A stretch of DNA of 64,000 nucleotides from Trichosphaerium sp. ATCC 40318 (Eukaryota > Protista > Tubulinea), in the NCBI GenBank assembly GCA_038496445.1, contig JALMLS010000334.1, forward strand, positions 62,001 to 126,000, read 5' to 3'. The position numbers and the translations under genes were made by a program. The notes beneath the pieces were generated by a model that worked only from the letters and a program-made list of their open reading frames with translations, was not told the DNA's origin and did not search any database. This document shows positions 1 through 12,780 of the stretch, one piece after another; within the stretch, counting starts at the first letter, position 1, and the number at the start of each line of letters is the position of its first letter.

Positions 1-84
1 TCTTTGAGCGTAGTCGACGTTACCAGAGGCGTACCCGCCCAAATCTTGATGAATCACTTTCTCTAGCGCGTTAATTCTCTCCAT
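1..84 (-). CDS. 5' part of a gene running off the left edge (MERINALEKVIHQDLGGYASGNVDYAQR...)
   Basis: Open minus-strand frame from ATG at 84 to the window edge; no recognisable motif. Confidence 0.3.
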   Translation of the reverse strand, partial: MERINALEKVIHQDLGGYASGNVDYAQR

Positions 85-229
85 ATTGCTATCTTTGTTC
101 TAAAGTAAGCTGTATCACTTGCAACAGGTGGATCAAACTGGGAAAACGCTAAGGAGCTTGTCAACACTGGTCTTTTTGTGAACCCTAAAAAGTTTTCCGA
201 ACAGAAAAGTCTGTAGCATTGTAACAGCC

Positions 230-1289
230 ATGGAAAGACTTACCTTTCTTTTATTTGTATGTTTTGTAGTCGTATCAACTGATAGGTTGGGAGGAAACTT
301 CTCAGGGTCCGTTTTGTATAATATTAGACTCATCACGTGATTTCTAAGGTAAAAACGTGTTTCTAACGTTTTTTTGAATAGAGACCGTGTAAAATTCATT
401 GCGACCAGTACTAATGGCGTTAACTACCTTTTTCGAGGTAATGAACCTCTTGACAATGATTCCTTTGCGTACGAGCCACTTCTTAAGGCAATACGTGCAG
501 CTGGCCTAAACTCATCTATAACACTACCTTCAGACTTGTACTTAGTTGGTATGACGCTTAGACTTGCAAATGTTTAATGTATATTTTTTTTAGACTTTAA
601 TCTCTTGTCTATTGAGATCACGGATGAAGATGCTGAGAAGAAGTTTTTTACGGAAAATCCTGATAAAGGAGAGTTCATTCACTGGCCAATAATAGGTAAT
701 ATTTTTGGACCCGACGATTACTTTGAATCTATAAGAAAGACAATGGCAAAAGATTTAGACGTAAGCTTACAATCAAAACAAAAAAAATCAACTTTGAGAC
801 TTTGACACTCTCTACAGGACTGGACTTTTGATAAAGTACCAAAGACAATGGCAACACTTCAAAGTACTTTAGATAAGACGTACCCTAAACCAGCCATTAT
901 CTACGTACACTGTGAAGGTAATATTACAGTTATTTTTTTCACCTTGAACACTTTTTTTCGTTGATAATATTCACGTGCTTTGTACAGCTGGTATGGACAG
1001 AACAGGCGAAATTTCAGGATCGTATTATATGAAATACTTGAACTGGACCTACCAAGAGGCATTGTATTATGATAATAATTGTATAGAAGGTCGTGATATT
1101 GAACCAGAGAGTAAAAACGGACTTCAATGGTACAGTATATTTCTCCCATTTTTATCACTAATAATAAAAAGGTATTGCTACAATCTCAAGTATGCTGAAG
1201 GCGCTAATCAAACATGTGTTGACCAAAAACCTTATAACCCAAAACCATGCACTATAAAGCATGTATCTGGAGATACGAATGTTTATTAA
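230..1289 (+). CDS. Cys-based tyrosine/dual-specificity phosphatase with predicted signal peptide (multi-exon)
   Basis: Spliced catalytic loop IIYVHCEAGMDRTGE (HCxxGxDRTG); hydrophobic N-terminus MERLTFLLFVCFVVVS. Confidence 0.8.
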
Positions 1290-2784
1290 TAATAAAAGTA
1301 TAACCCAATGAACACAAAGAGTCCAAGGATAAAAGCTAAAGGAGAAATAGGTGTATCCCATAACTGTTTTCTTTTTCTTAGATCAGCGAGCGTACTATCT
1401 ATTGTTTTCTTGATCGTATACTCTGGTTTATATCCTAGGTATTTAGTTGCTTTCTTATTTGAAAAAGAGCGATGTTCAAGCATTCTGGCAAGTGTTTTCG
1501 CTTTCATCATAAAAAGTCTTCTCTTTCCTTCAAAAAAAATCTCAGAAAATTCTTCGTTTTTACGTTAACCAAAGGTACCGATATTAAAGATAGGGCCAGC
1601 AATAGATACAACAATCTTTACCAGTTCCATAGGAAGAGAGAACAAAGGCTAGTTTTTAGTTAGAGGTTGACCTTCAAGAGAAAAAAAAGGATTTGTACTT
1701 GAATACGTCTTTGCTGTTTACACAAATACTTTATCCAATCTTCATACGTCATCGAGTCGTTTGGAGTAATATTATATATGTTTCCAAGTGCTTCATCACC
1801 ACTCTCTAGTGCCTTAACAAAACCTTGAACCACATCATCAACGTGTACAAACCTACCGAAACGAAAAAAAAATCAGCTTCTCAAAATTTTTCAACAAAAA
1901 AAAAAGGGTACATGAGGTGATGTGTTTGTGCTCCGTTTGGTACAAAGAAGAATAATCCAAAGTCAATCAAAGACATTAATTCAGGTATTGCAAAATCATC
2001 GTCAGGGCCAGTAACACCACAAGGTCTCAGAATCATATATCCCATGCCTAATAAAAGGAGTAAAGATTGTGCTTTTTTTTCATATCATTTTTTGTTAAAG
2101 TACGATATTACGTACCTGTGCTTGCTGCTGTGAGCTTGATAAGCTCCTCAGCTTGCCGTTTACTTTCCCCATAGTCATAGTTTGGTTTAGGAGTAGCATC
2201 TTCGCTTACAAAAGTTGTTGATTGTCCTCCAATTGCCTCTGTCGAAGAGCAATAGATAAACCTACAAAAACAATCATTTGTGACATTTTTATTTTTCAAA
2301 GGTGTTTATACCGCTCGACATTGTTGTTACTAGCTGCCGTGAGAAGATTCTTTGTACCAGTAACGTTCATAGTGAATATATCTTTAACTGAGCGAGGATA
2401 AAAATCCATTAGCGCTGCCATGTGTATTATCGTGTGTATGCCGCTTGTACAAGCTCTGAGAGAATCTACATCGCTAATATCTCCAACGACAGTTTTAACG
2501 TCTTTTGTATTTTAACGTTAGTGATGTGAAAACACCGTGCGCGTACTCTTTGGAATGTTATTGGTGTTGCTAATAGGCGTTTAGATCAAGATTACTCGGT
2601 TAGTACAAAAACGAACCTAGTTTTGCGTACAAGCGCTGTTAATGAATACTTCTCTTTAAACTGAGGCTCCGAGAGCTTATTTAGCAGTTTGGCACCTATC
2701 AGTGGCTAACGGCGAAACGCGGACAAATAGATTTGACATACCGATGTACCCAGTGCCACCTGTGACCAATACGTTTATACTCAT
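1286..2784 (-). CDS. NAD-dependent epimerase/dehydratase (3-beta-HSD-like extended SDR) with C-terminal TM
   Basis: MSINVLVTGGTGYIG, FIYCSSTEAIG, YGESK (YxxxK); C-terminal hydrophobic anchor. Confidence 0.85.
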
Positions 2785-2981
2785 TGATTATTGATTGACT
2801 TCGTCTAATCCTTATGAAAAAAGTCTACTTCAGTCCCTAGACTAAATTAGCAAGTCGTAGCAAACTATAACAACGTCACTATACCAAACGTTGGTTGTAC
2901 TCTTTACATCTTGACATCAATGATCAATTCATAGTAAAACAGTATAAAAAGAAGAATCTAATACCCCTACGCTCCGAAACA

Positions 2982-4802
2982 ATGGACAACGATAAGACTA
3001 CCAAAAAATTACGAGTTTTGCGTGAATGGCTTTTATCTACTGTCCCAACGCTCTTGGTATGTTACTAACCAATCAAATACGATTAATATACTACTAGTCA
3101 ATATTGAGGGCAATAAAACTCAATTCTCTCTCTTGTGAGTCTTTAGACGACATTAAAGATACTAGTCTCATCATACGGGACATACTTTGTGTACGCTAGC
3201 TTTTTTTGTTCTTTTTAGGCTACTACCTGGTTTGGTAAATTAATTTATACGGGCTCTAGAAACTGACGAGGATATCAAAATGGATACAACCTCGTGCTGT
3301 ATCTCAAGTAGAAGCGCCCGAAGGATTGGTACGTAAACTAAAACAATTTTTTTTTTCTCAAAACACAAAACGTTGTCTTTATTGTCGACTAATCGTCATT
3401 GGCGTACTAGGCACGCGTTACTCGTGTTCTTATAAATGCTATTGTAAACGTAGAAAATTCCTTATCCGACATTACAAATGCGGTAAAGACGAACCAAGTC
3501 CCTCTTATTAATATCATACGCATTGTACGCGTAGTAAAGGATCTACAATCAATACTAGATCCAAATGCGTCACCACAAGACACTCTTGCCTTTAAACAAA
3601 AGCCGAAGACTCGAACGGCCACTACTCCATCCAAACTACGACATTCTTCTCCTAAAAAGCCTAAAGACAAAACGGTAACGATATCTGACACGCCTGACAT
3701 AAAAGAGACACAATCGCACGTAAGAAAACGATCTGCAGCTGCAACACCTGACCATTTTCGGCAGTACGCCATACGTAGTATGCGTGCAAGTGGCGGAGCT
3801 ACCGTTAGGTCTCAGTCTAACATTGAGAAGCCTACAAAGGAATCTTGGAATACAAAAGACGCCATTAAGCAAGGTACAGACAGTAATATCAGATCTCGCA
3901 ATGCCAGCCTTCCTGGTGGGCTACAACTCAAAAAAAAATCAAAAAAATATATTGCAGCTACTGCAAAGTATATATCGGACTCTAAGAGCTCTACAAAGAG
4001 CTCAAAGTCCCGTAGAATAAAAAGCCCAAAAGGAACATCAAGAAAGAAGCATACACAACAAACAAGGGCTGTTACACTACCAGAAGGTTCTGTATCTCCT
4101 AGAAATCAGAAATTTGAGATGAAGCCTACTTCGTGGTCGAGAACAGTTCCTACAGGTGAAGAGAATGGACCAGGCTCTATAAAGTTCAGTAAACGTAGGG
4201 CAGAGAGTCAAGGGTTATTAATCTCCACTGAGACAAGAAAAGCTATACTTTCAACGTCTCGAGACGCAATAGATATTCCTGTCCGAAAACCGGATATACT
4301 ATCACCAAGGCATGATAGCCTATCATCTCAGTCTCTATCCTATGAAGAAACAAAAGCTACACCCGAAGGTATTTTCTCAGACGACGATGAGACGATTTTA
4401 CATAAAGTTCTTGTTAAATCATCAAATGATGAACCTGAATACGATTCTTTACCTCCTGTGAAGAAAGGTAATAAGAGACATTCTCTATACCTTGTTATAG
4501 ACTCTCTTCCTACGCCAATGGCAGTTGGTATGAGGCCACCATCGATATACAACACACCACCTGATGAGGATTCAATCCGAAAAACTTTAGTACCAAGACA
4601 ATTAGCGCCACATCAACGAGGTAATGTACCACCAGCTATAGAAGCTGCTCAAGAACATTACGCTTCTCTGCCACGAAGTGAAACCGGAACCAATGCTAGA
4701 TATGCACCTTTACCAGCCAAGAAACCACTCATTCAACATCAAGAAGAAAACGAATCTCATTACTCACCTTTACCTCTCAGGAAACCAGAGGCTGGGAACT
4801 AG
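2982..4802 (+). CDS. Hypothetical protein: helical N-terminal domain plus long basic low-complexity tail with YxxLP motifs
   Basis: Short exons splice in frame into the long 3411-4802 exon. Confidence 0.6.
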
Positions 4803-5166
4803 GTAGATAGCCTCTATCTCTTGTATATGTAACAGAGCTTCATGGCCTTCGAAGGTGTTGTTTTATCATAGAGCTTAATGCAAATGAGAACGCACGTGTA
4901 CTTTACTCACTTAATAAAATACTTTTTTGAGTCTTCAACACAAAATCTCTTGACTTCTTTTGCCCAACCTCGACAACCTCGAGTTGCCTTGCGTCTGTTT
5001 ACGGTTTTTACAACTCGTGGTTTACGGTGACGTTCAGCATTGTGGGTTTTTTCTGTTAAGTTGCTCCGTGGCTAAATTACGAAGCGTTTCAACTAAGTAG
5101 CACTTCGGAGTCTTGTCTGCACTCGTTGAGGATTTATTGGAAGTAAAATCTATTTGTTTGTCAAAA

Positions 5167-7553
5167 ATGGCCATGGTAATGCCCATGAAGTCGTTGTTAG
5201 TGCTTGTAAAGTGCGTTGGCAGTTTAGTTTTTGATTGTTCTGAATAATTGTCGTAAAGGGAGGCTGGCACGCTCGAGACGACAGAAAGAGACCCGTACGT
5301 GGAGCTTTTATTTGATGATGAAGAAGAAGACGTAAAAATCGGCGCATCTGTAGAGAAACAAGAAACCCTTGTGCCCAAGAACAATGCTGGTACCTATTAC
5401 GCAAGTTGCCGTTACTAAATTAGTACAGCCCAACAAAACAGTGCTGAGAGGCAAGAAAACAAGGATTTAAGTATGTAACGCAGCACCACAATTTTTTTCT
5501 AAGCCCTTCAAGGCAAAAACGTAACATTCGTTCCAAACACTGATATTGGTACTGGATTCATATTTATAAAGCAACCAATAGCGAAACTAGTTGATGTAAG
5601 GCTTGTTTAACAATCACAAACGATACATAATTTAACTGAACAAAAAGGAGACATCACAACTATCAGCACTCATTGAAGCTCTTCCAAAAATTGGTGACTT
5701 GGATCTCATTGCTGTGCGTAATTTTTTTCGACCTTCCAGACACGTGTGAAATGTAGTCGCATTTTTTTGTGAAAACTTTGGTTGCAACTTGGATGAGTAC
5801 ATTGACAACTTTCGTTGTTGGTCATATGCGTGTACTACGCCCTCAAGAAATTGTTGGGGTTTTTCTTTTAAAAAAAGTATGTACTTGACATTCTTACGGA
5901 CGCTTTAGAGCTCCCATATGGTGGGTGGAAAGCATCGTGTTATTTCTTTGAGGGTTGCCAAAAAACTTGGAGACGAAAATGAAGGCCCTTACTTGGCCTT
6001 GAAAGGTATAGGGAGTAAAACACACTATTAAAAATGACAACTATCTTAGTCGCTCTTGGACCTGGTGCAACTGTCGGTCAAGTGATTCAATGGGCAATGG
6101 AAGTCACAAGAGAAGATAAAAACGCTATTTTACATAATGATGAAGAGTTCTACTTATTGAGTGTTGCGGATGACGATGGCCTACCAGATGAGGATTTTCC
6201 AAGTACACAATGATCTTTTATTAAATTAGTAACATTTTCGATCACGTGCCTCCATAATAGCATGGACAAAATTGACTTATTTTAATAGCTTTGGACAGAA
6301 CAAGAGATATTTATCAATTTAACTTTGAAGAGTTCGTATTGATTAGAGATCCAGATCATAAACGTAAGTACAGCTCTGGTTTAAACCAATATACTTCTTG
6401 TTGCTACTACTATTATTCTTTCGCGTGTACTAATCTTTTTGGGTGTAGCAAAAGGAGCGAGGTCACTTAAGTATCTTAAGATTCATTTACCTGATGAGCA
6501 ATACCAAATTGCTGAATACAAAGAACACCAAACGCTCAATGACCTACTTGAAACTGTTTGTAATAAGCGTAAGCTTGATAAGGACGACTTTTGTCTTCGT
6601 GTGCGTGCATGAAATTTTTTTTTTTCCTTCTTTCTATTGTAGACTTCTTGTTGGCTTCGTTCAGCAACTGCTTTCGCGTTACCCTTGATTTTGTATTTTT
6701 CGACCAAACCACTTGCAAAAACCTCGCCTCAACTTATGGATACGGCCATACAACCATGAAAACTCCGTGTCTCTTTCCGAACCGCGAAGATAAGCATGGT
6801 ATGGCCCTGCCAGTACTTGGGTCCGTGAGGACCAGGGAACGTAGGGTGCTGTATTCATTTTGCTTTTTTTTATGCTGCCTCCTTTACAAGAAGCGGTGAA
6901 GACCAAGCATTATTGGTCCGGCAATATCGATAAAACTGTGTCAAGTTCGTAAATTAACTTTTTTTTTAGTTGCTTTGGGAGAAAGAGAAAGAATTGATAA
7001 TGGACACCAAAGTTGGTTCATTGGGTGTAGCAGAGATTGCTTTAGTTGCTCTAAAAGAAGAACAGCCAACAAAGCAAAAGACAGTAGTTATGACGCCTTT
7101 TTTTGCAAAAGAATACAAGGTAACACTTTTTTTTTTGAAAGTTAATTTTAAGTGATTTGTATTGATTCTCTCTTAGGAGTATGCTTGTTTCAGAAAAGTT
7201 GGTGTTAGAAATAAAGAGCGTATTCTTGGTATTGATGGTGATGGTATCAAGTTTAAAAAGAAGAGAAATGGAGCTACTAAGGTAAGCAATCTTCAAGAAA
7301 TTGTTGTCAGTTTTGGGTTTTTTAACAGAGTTTTAGTCGTTGCGGCCCATCAGCGAGTTAGTACGCTGTGAACTTGGCAGAAAGCCAGGTGTTTTTACTC
7401 TTACATTCAAAGGGAAGAATACAACACAATCAATGGAGTCTAAATTCTCAGGTAATCGCACAGAAAGACGAAAACTGGAAATCTTGGTTGCTAATTTTTT
7501 TACCTTTAGAAGAAATTGTGGAGAAGATCAAGTTCCTGATGGAGAACGCTTAA
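5167..7553 (+). CDS. SIN1: TORC2 subunit SIN1/Avo1/RIP3 homolog (CRIM, RBD, PH)
   Basis: CRIM-like LSVADDDGLPDEDFP..DRTRDI; RBD KIHLPDEQ...LLETVCNKRKLD; PH KERILGIDGDGI...EEIVEKIKFL. Confidence 0.8.
6738..6857 (+). rRNA. 5S rRNA gene inside a SIN1 intron
   Basis: 120 nt GGATACGGCCATAC...CCGAAC..CGAAGATAAGC...CAGTACTTGGGTCCGTGAGGACCAGGGAA...GTGCTGTATTC; helix I GGATACGGC/GCTGTATTC pairs; followed by TTTT and T8 runs. Confidence 0.93.
6858..6871 (+). terminator. Pol III oligo-T terminator of the 5S gene
   Basis: TTTTGCTTTTTTTT immediately after the 5S 3' end. Confidence 0.75.
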
Positions 7554-8436
7554 AGTGTACAGTAAGAACATGGAAGAAAAAAGAAATAGAGAATCAATAA
7601 TTGGTGTTTCTCGTATTTGTACACTAGACAAAATGAGGCAAAGAAAAAACAAAAAAAAAAAAGAAATATTGTTCTTTTTGAAAAGTTTAGTAAAAAGGTA
7701 ATTGTAAAAAGTAAGTCTTTGGCGTAAAATCTCTTTTGTTTATCTGTCGTATAAGGTTCCACCATACTCCAAAGTGAGTGTGTTGATACGTTTTGTGTAG
7801 CGCAGTGGTTAGTCACCAACCAAACTTTGATACCAATCTATGTTTGTAGTAAAATATTTTCTGAAAATTTTTTTTTGTTGGAGCGTACGTGCTAGGTTTA
7901 AACGTTCGAAAGTTTGGACAATAAAAGCAAAAAAATTATGGGTTTTCTTGGGGACAATTTGGTTGACAAACTCTTGTAAAACAGCCAATTACGTACCATT
8001 TCTTAGAGCTCAATAGGTAGGCATAGAAATTTCAAACGTTGTCCATAAAAACTTCAGCTTTAAATGAAATCTGACATGCAGTAAATCTATCTAGATAGAC
8101 GGTATTCAGAACATATATGGTTTGATTTTATTCGATCATTTGTTCGTTATTTTTAATCCCCGGTAAATAGATTGTGGTGCTAACATTTGCATAAAAAGCC
8201 GTCTACGTAATTGTCACCCTTAAAGAGTGGTATGATGAAGTTCGCTACACCCTTTGTATGCTACACTACACGTGTGAATCAAAATATTGAATAAAATGTC
8301 CCTGTCCGAAAAACCTGGCATAGTTTAAACAATCCAACGCTGCCTCGGATGTATTTCTGGGCAAAGAATCAGTGTGATACGAGGTACACACTAAATACAA
8401 TATCTCGAGACAACAAGCACAACTGCTGCGTTCGTT

Positions 8437-10055
8437 ATGTCAACAAGTAAGTGCTATCACTTCAACTAAGCTATTGTTTATCCTCTAATACTAGTACTTA
8501 GTATTGTTTCTTCTCCTTTTGGTTTTTATTTCGTGTTCGCTGGCAGCGCTTACGCAACAACAAAAAGATGATTTATTGACCTATCACAACGAAGCGAGGT
8601 ACGTCACGTGTTTTTTGAGCGACAAGTTTCCGAGCGGAAAACTTTTGAAACATTCTTTGCTTTTAGAGCCTTAAAATGTGTCGGTCCAATGACGTGGGAT
8701 GATGCCCTATCAAACACAGCACAAGCTTGGGCTGACGGAGGAAACGAAGGTCATAACCCTAATAGAACACAGGACTACGCAAACTTCGGTGGTATCGGAT
8801 CTGTAGGCGAAAACGTCGCTGGTGGATCATGGTATTCATTTTTTAGGTTGTGCACCTCGCACAGCAAAAATTGAATGGTTTCTGTTTTGTTCGCTGTCTT
8901 ACTCTATTCTAGGCCTAGCTATAGTCTTAAAGACCACTTTGACGCTTGGGTAAGCGAAGAATCAGTACCTTGTAATACAGGTGGTGGTCATTACACTCAA
9001 GTGCTTTGGGAACAATCAACAAAGCTTGGTTGCGGTTTTAAACTCAGACCTAATGGTGAGCCACGTGCTATTTGCCTAACAAACAGTAGTGTTCGTGTTC
9101 GGTATTGGCTTAACTCTGTGATTTTTAGGAAAGTGGGGAACTATTGTTGTAATCCCTGCAGGTACGACTAGGTACTAAATAGTTACTGCTGGTGGAAATG
9201 GAGTAGGCTGGATTGATGTTGTGATCGGGGTAACATGTTGGAACATCAGTTCGCGACACCTACTCCTTCTGGACTTCCAGATGGGTTCAAGGGGCCTTTG
9301 ACCGACGCTGAAAGACTCGCTATATTGGAGGCACACAACACAAAGCGGCAAGTACATCCAAAGCAGTTTTATAACAGTCTACATCAATTGAAACTATCAC
9401 GTGTTTTTTTACCTTTCGGGAATACTAAGCTTTTCCTCTAGCGCTTCGCGATGTGTTCCTCGACTTGAATGGGACTCTACACTCGAGGAAGTTGCTCAAG
9501 ATTTCGCTGATCGTGGTGTTTTCTCTATCAATAGTAACAGACATGAAGATTACCAGAATCTCGGTGGAGACGGTTATATCGGTGAGAACGTAGCTGGCTT
9601 CTTGTATGAACATACCTCTAGCAAAATTTTTGGCTAAACTCTTTTTTAGCGGTGATGCCAAAGATACAGGTGTAAAAAATTGGGCGTCAGCCGAAGGACA
9701 GCCCTGTAATAATGGAACTGGTCAATACAAACAACTGATGTGGGAAAACAGTAAAAAAGTAGGATGTGGATACAAGATACTTACTGCATATGGTATGAAC
9801 ATATTTTGTTGGTTTTTTTTTTTGGAAATATTGTACATAGATTGTGTCTTATTATTTTTCTCAGGTGGAATGACATTCCTTGTTTGCAATTACCAACCTA
9901 CTGGTAACTACATTGGACAAGATGCCTTCCCGCTAGACAAGTGTACAAACTGTATTTCAGCCCGTAATGCAGCACATTCAGGAGCAAATACTATTAGTGT
10001 AAAAGCATCATTTTGTCTTTTGCTATTATTTGTATTGTACTCTTGTGCTATCTAG
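8437..10055 (+). CDS. Secreted/surface protein with two CAP (SCP/PR-1) domains
   Basis: Signal peptide; two HN..R, GENVA, HYTQVLW/QYKQLMW, GCG sets; VCNYQPTGN; hydrophobic C-terminus (GPI-like). Confidence 0.85.
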
Positions 10056-10606
10056 ATATAAACCAAATAGATTGTTTCTTCAAAATTTATGTTTTTCATA
10101 TAAATAGCTATTGATTGCTAACGTGGAAAGCCCCACTTTGATTGGTGGTTTTTTTTTCGGTCAAAATAAAATCACGTGTTTGTTTTCTCAAAACTTTGAT
10201 TTACATCGTCACACAGTATTTTTAGCATACTAAAATAATAAGTGAAAAAAAAGAGCTACCAATCAAAGAGACAGTGTCGGAATGTTGTTTGACACTGTTT
10301 AGAGGCTGCATACTAGATTATTCATAGCTAGCAACAACAATTCGTTTTGAAAAATATTAGGAACTTGTTTTTTCTGCAGGAACTGGTAGAAAATTAATAT
10401 GAGTTCTTTTCCCAGGTACAAATTTGAGTGCTACAGCATGAGGAAAGCGATTTTATTAGAATAAAACCATAAACGTTCCAAAATACCACTATAATTTACT
10501 GGGATACTTGTGTTTTACTAGCGCTGCGTTGGCTTCTTTGAAACATTGCTTTAACGCTCCTGTATAAGACTTCCTCTTTGCAATAAAAACTCCATACTAA
10601 AATGTA

Positions 10607-11017
10607 TTAAAGTGGCTTCAAGTTGTCAATGAGTCGTACTGGTGTTGCTAGCTGGCAAGTTTTTTTCCACTCAGGCAGTCTTTTAAAACCTGCAAAACCC
10701 ACTCCAGCGCTACAATCGAATGTCCAGTGTTGTTCTGAATCTTCAAGTCTAATATCAAAACTACCTTTTCTTGACAGCTCTGGCTTTAGTTCATCGAGCA
10801 AATCGTCCACTCCCATCTTTTTCATGACTCCCCGCCAACAGTAGCCCAGAAGCTTTGTAACATTGCTTATGCCTGGACAATTGGTTTCAAAAAGGATTTT
10901 GCCTTCAAAAACCAACATTGTTTGCTGGGCAAATTCTACTGTCAATAAGTCATCGTTCGAGTTGTATCGGTTCAAAAGCTTACGCTTGATGTAGACAATG
11001 CAGATGGATAAGGACAT
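10607..11017 (-). CDS. Hypothetical protein
   Basis: 136-aa open frame with protein-like composition; ends uncertain. Confidence 0.5.
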   Translation of the reverse strand: MSLSICIVYIKRKLLNRYNSNDDLLTVEFAQQTMLVFEGKILFETNCPGISNVTKLLGYCWRGVMKKMGVDDLLDELKPELSRKGSFDIRLEDSEQHWTFDCSAGVGFAGFKRLPEWKKTCQLATPVRLIDNLKPL

Positions 11018-11097
11018 TACGCCCTATAAAGTCAGTCAAAAGTAGTAAACGCAATATTTAACAATTTAACACCACAGCGTTGTATCAACTCGAAACG

Positions 11098-12684
11098 ATG
11101 CGAGATATTACAATAAGGCTTCCAACTGGACTACGCATTGCCGCAATGACATGGGGAAGCAGGAAGAGTAAAGTACGGTTTTAAACAAACCATATATTAA
11201 CGTTAACGGATAATAGACGAAAATTCTAGCGTTACATGGGTACTTTCATACAATTTGGCGTTTAGTTTAGTTCAAAATTACAATACCCAACTGAAATTAA
11301 CCAAAAGGTGGATGGACAACTGTGGGACGTGGTTCAAAATGGCACCGGGTTTGGCCAACGCAGGTGACTAAAAGTTTTCGCGCAGACAACTTAAAAAAGC
11401 TAGCACGTGTTATTTTTTTCAGTTCGTTGGGAAAATGAGTTGCACCATTTTTTTTTTTGAGGTTGTTGTAATATTTTTTCTTACCCTTTTGAAGGGGCTT
11501 ATGTTGTTGCTATCGACTTTGTTGGACATGGTCAATCTGATCATTTACCACAAAACGCAGAGTATATGGCTGTTATGTATGCAATGACGGTGAGACTCGC
11601 TCTTTGTTCTTTAATTAAAAGTCAATAGGTCGTTCAAGTTATCGAAGCTCTTGGTTGGACCTCATGTCATCTTATGGGACACTCTATGGGCGCTGGTATT
11701 TGTACTTTTTTTCCAAACATGGTATTGATTTCTCGTAGGAGTATCTACTATTGTAGCCGGAACTTTACCTGCTGTCATTAAAACACTAACTCTCATTGAT
11801 TCAGTTGGTACTTGCACTTAAAAAGAAAGGAAATACCCTACTCACAAGTTATAAATAGGACCTTTCACTACAGACATGATGCCATTAACAGCCCCTCTCA
11901 TGCTTGAAAAAGCAGTAGCGGAACGCAAGAATCTTTTCAAACGCGTACCACAGGTAACAGCAACAACAGTACTCAAGTTCAAATTAGCTAAGCCAACTTA
12001 CCTTAAGGTTTATACGAACTTCCAAGATGTGGTCAACAAGTTTAGGAAAAATAATCCTAGCCAAGCCCTGCATACTTCTACTGCAATCGCTAAACGTGGT
12101 ACAGTACAAGTCGAAGGTGAGTACAATCTTGTTTAGTTATTATCACGTGAGTTTAATTAAACTAATACTTTTTTGTTGTTTAGGAGGATACTCGTTTTGT
12201 CATGATTACAGGCTTGTTGGTAACTCTCTAATGAGATTCAGAGAGGAAGATATCATTCATTTCTTGGAACGTATAAGTTGTCCAGTGATGTTGATTCTTG
12301 CAGGTACATTAAGAGTGAGAAGCTCCATTCGTATTTTTTTATTTTTTTTTTTTCAGGGATTTTGACAAGTTGACTTAGAGAGCACTGTAAATCGTTTAAA
12401 AAATGTCAAAAAGAGAGATGAAGCCAAAGAACAGGAACAAAGAGATGCTGGTAAAGAAGTTAAACCAAAAATTTCAATGTTAGATCTTTTCAAACGAAGG
12501 GTTGATACAATCACAAACATCACTGTTAAAATTGTTAAAGGTACGTCACTTGTCATCTTGTTCTTTAGCTTCTCACTCTTTTCTTTTCTTCTCCCTAGGT
12601 GGTCATCATGTGCACTCTGATAATGCCGATCTGTGTCTTCCATATGTCTTACAGATGACTAAAAAAAAGGCTTCAAAGCTTTAA
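11098..12684 (+). CDS. Alpha/beta hydrolase, SERHL-like
   Basis: LALHGWMDNC, IDFVGHGQSDH, MGHSMGAG (GxSxG), GGHHVH. Confidence 0.88.
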
Positions 12685-12780
12685 CAAAACGTTGTACTTC
12701 GACAATACTAATGCCCCAAATAAAATTATCGAGACTTTTTGTTGTGGTGGACCTACGAACTCTGACAACGACTTTTTGTT

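Noticed and set aside
1672-1698. Apparent 27-nt micro-intron
   Set aside because: Creates a stop; the 50-nt intron 1649-1698 with a CTAAC branch point keeps the frame
6591-6899. 102-aa ORF and overlapping antisense ORFs
   Set aside because: Spurious frames across the SIN1 intron and 5S gene
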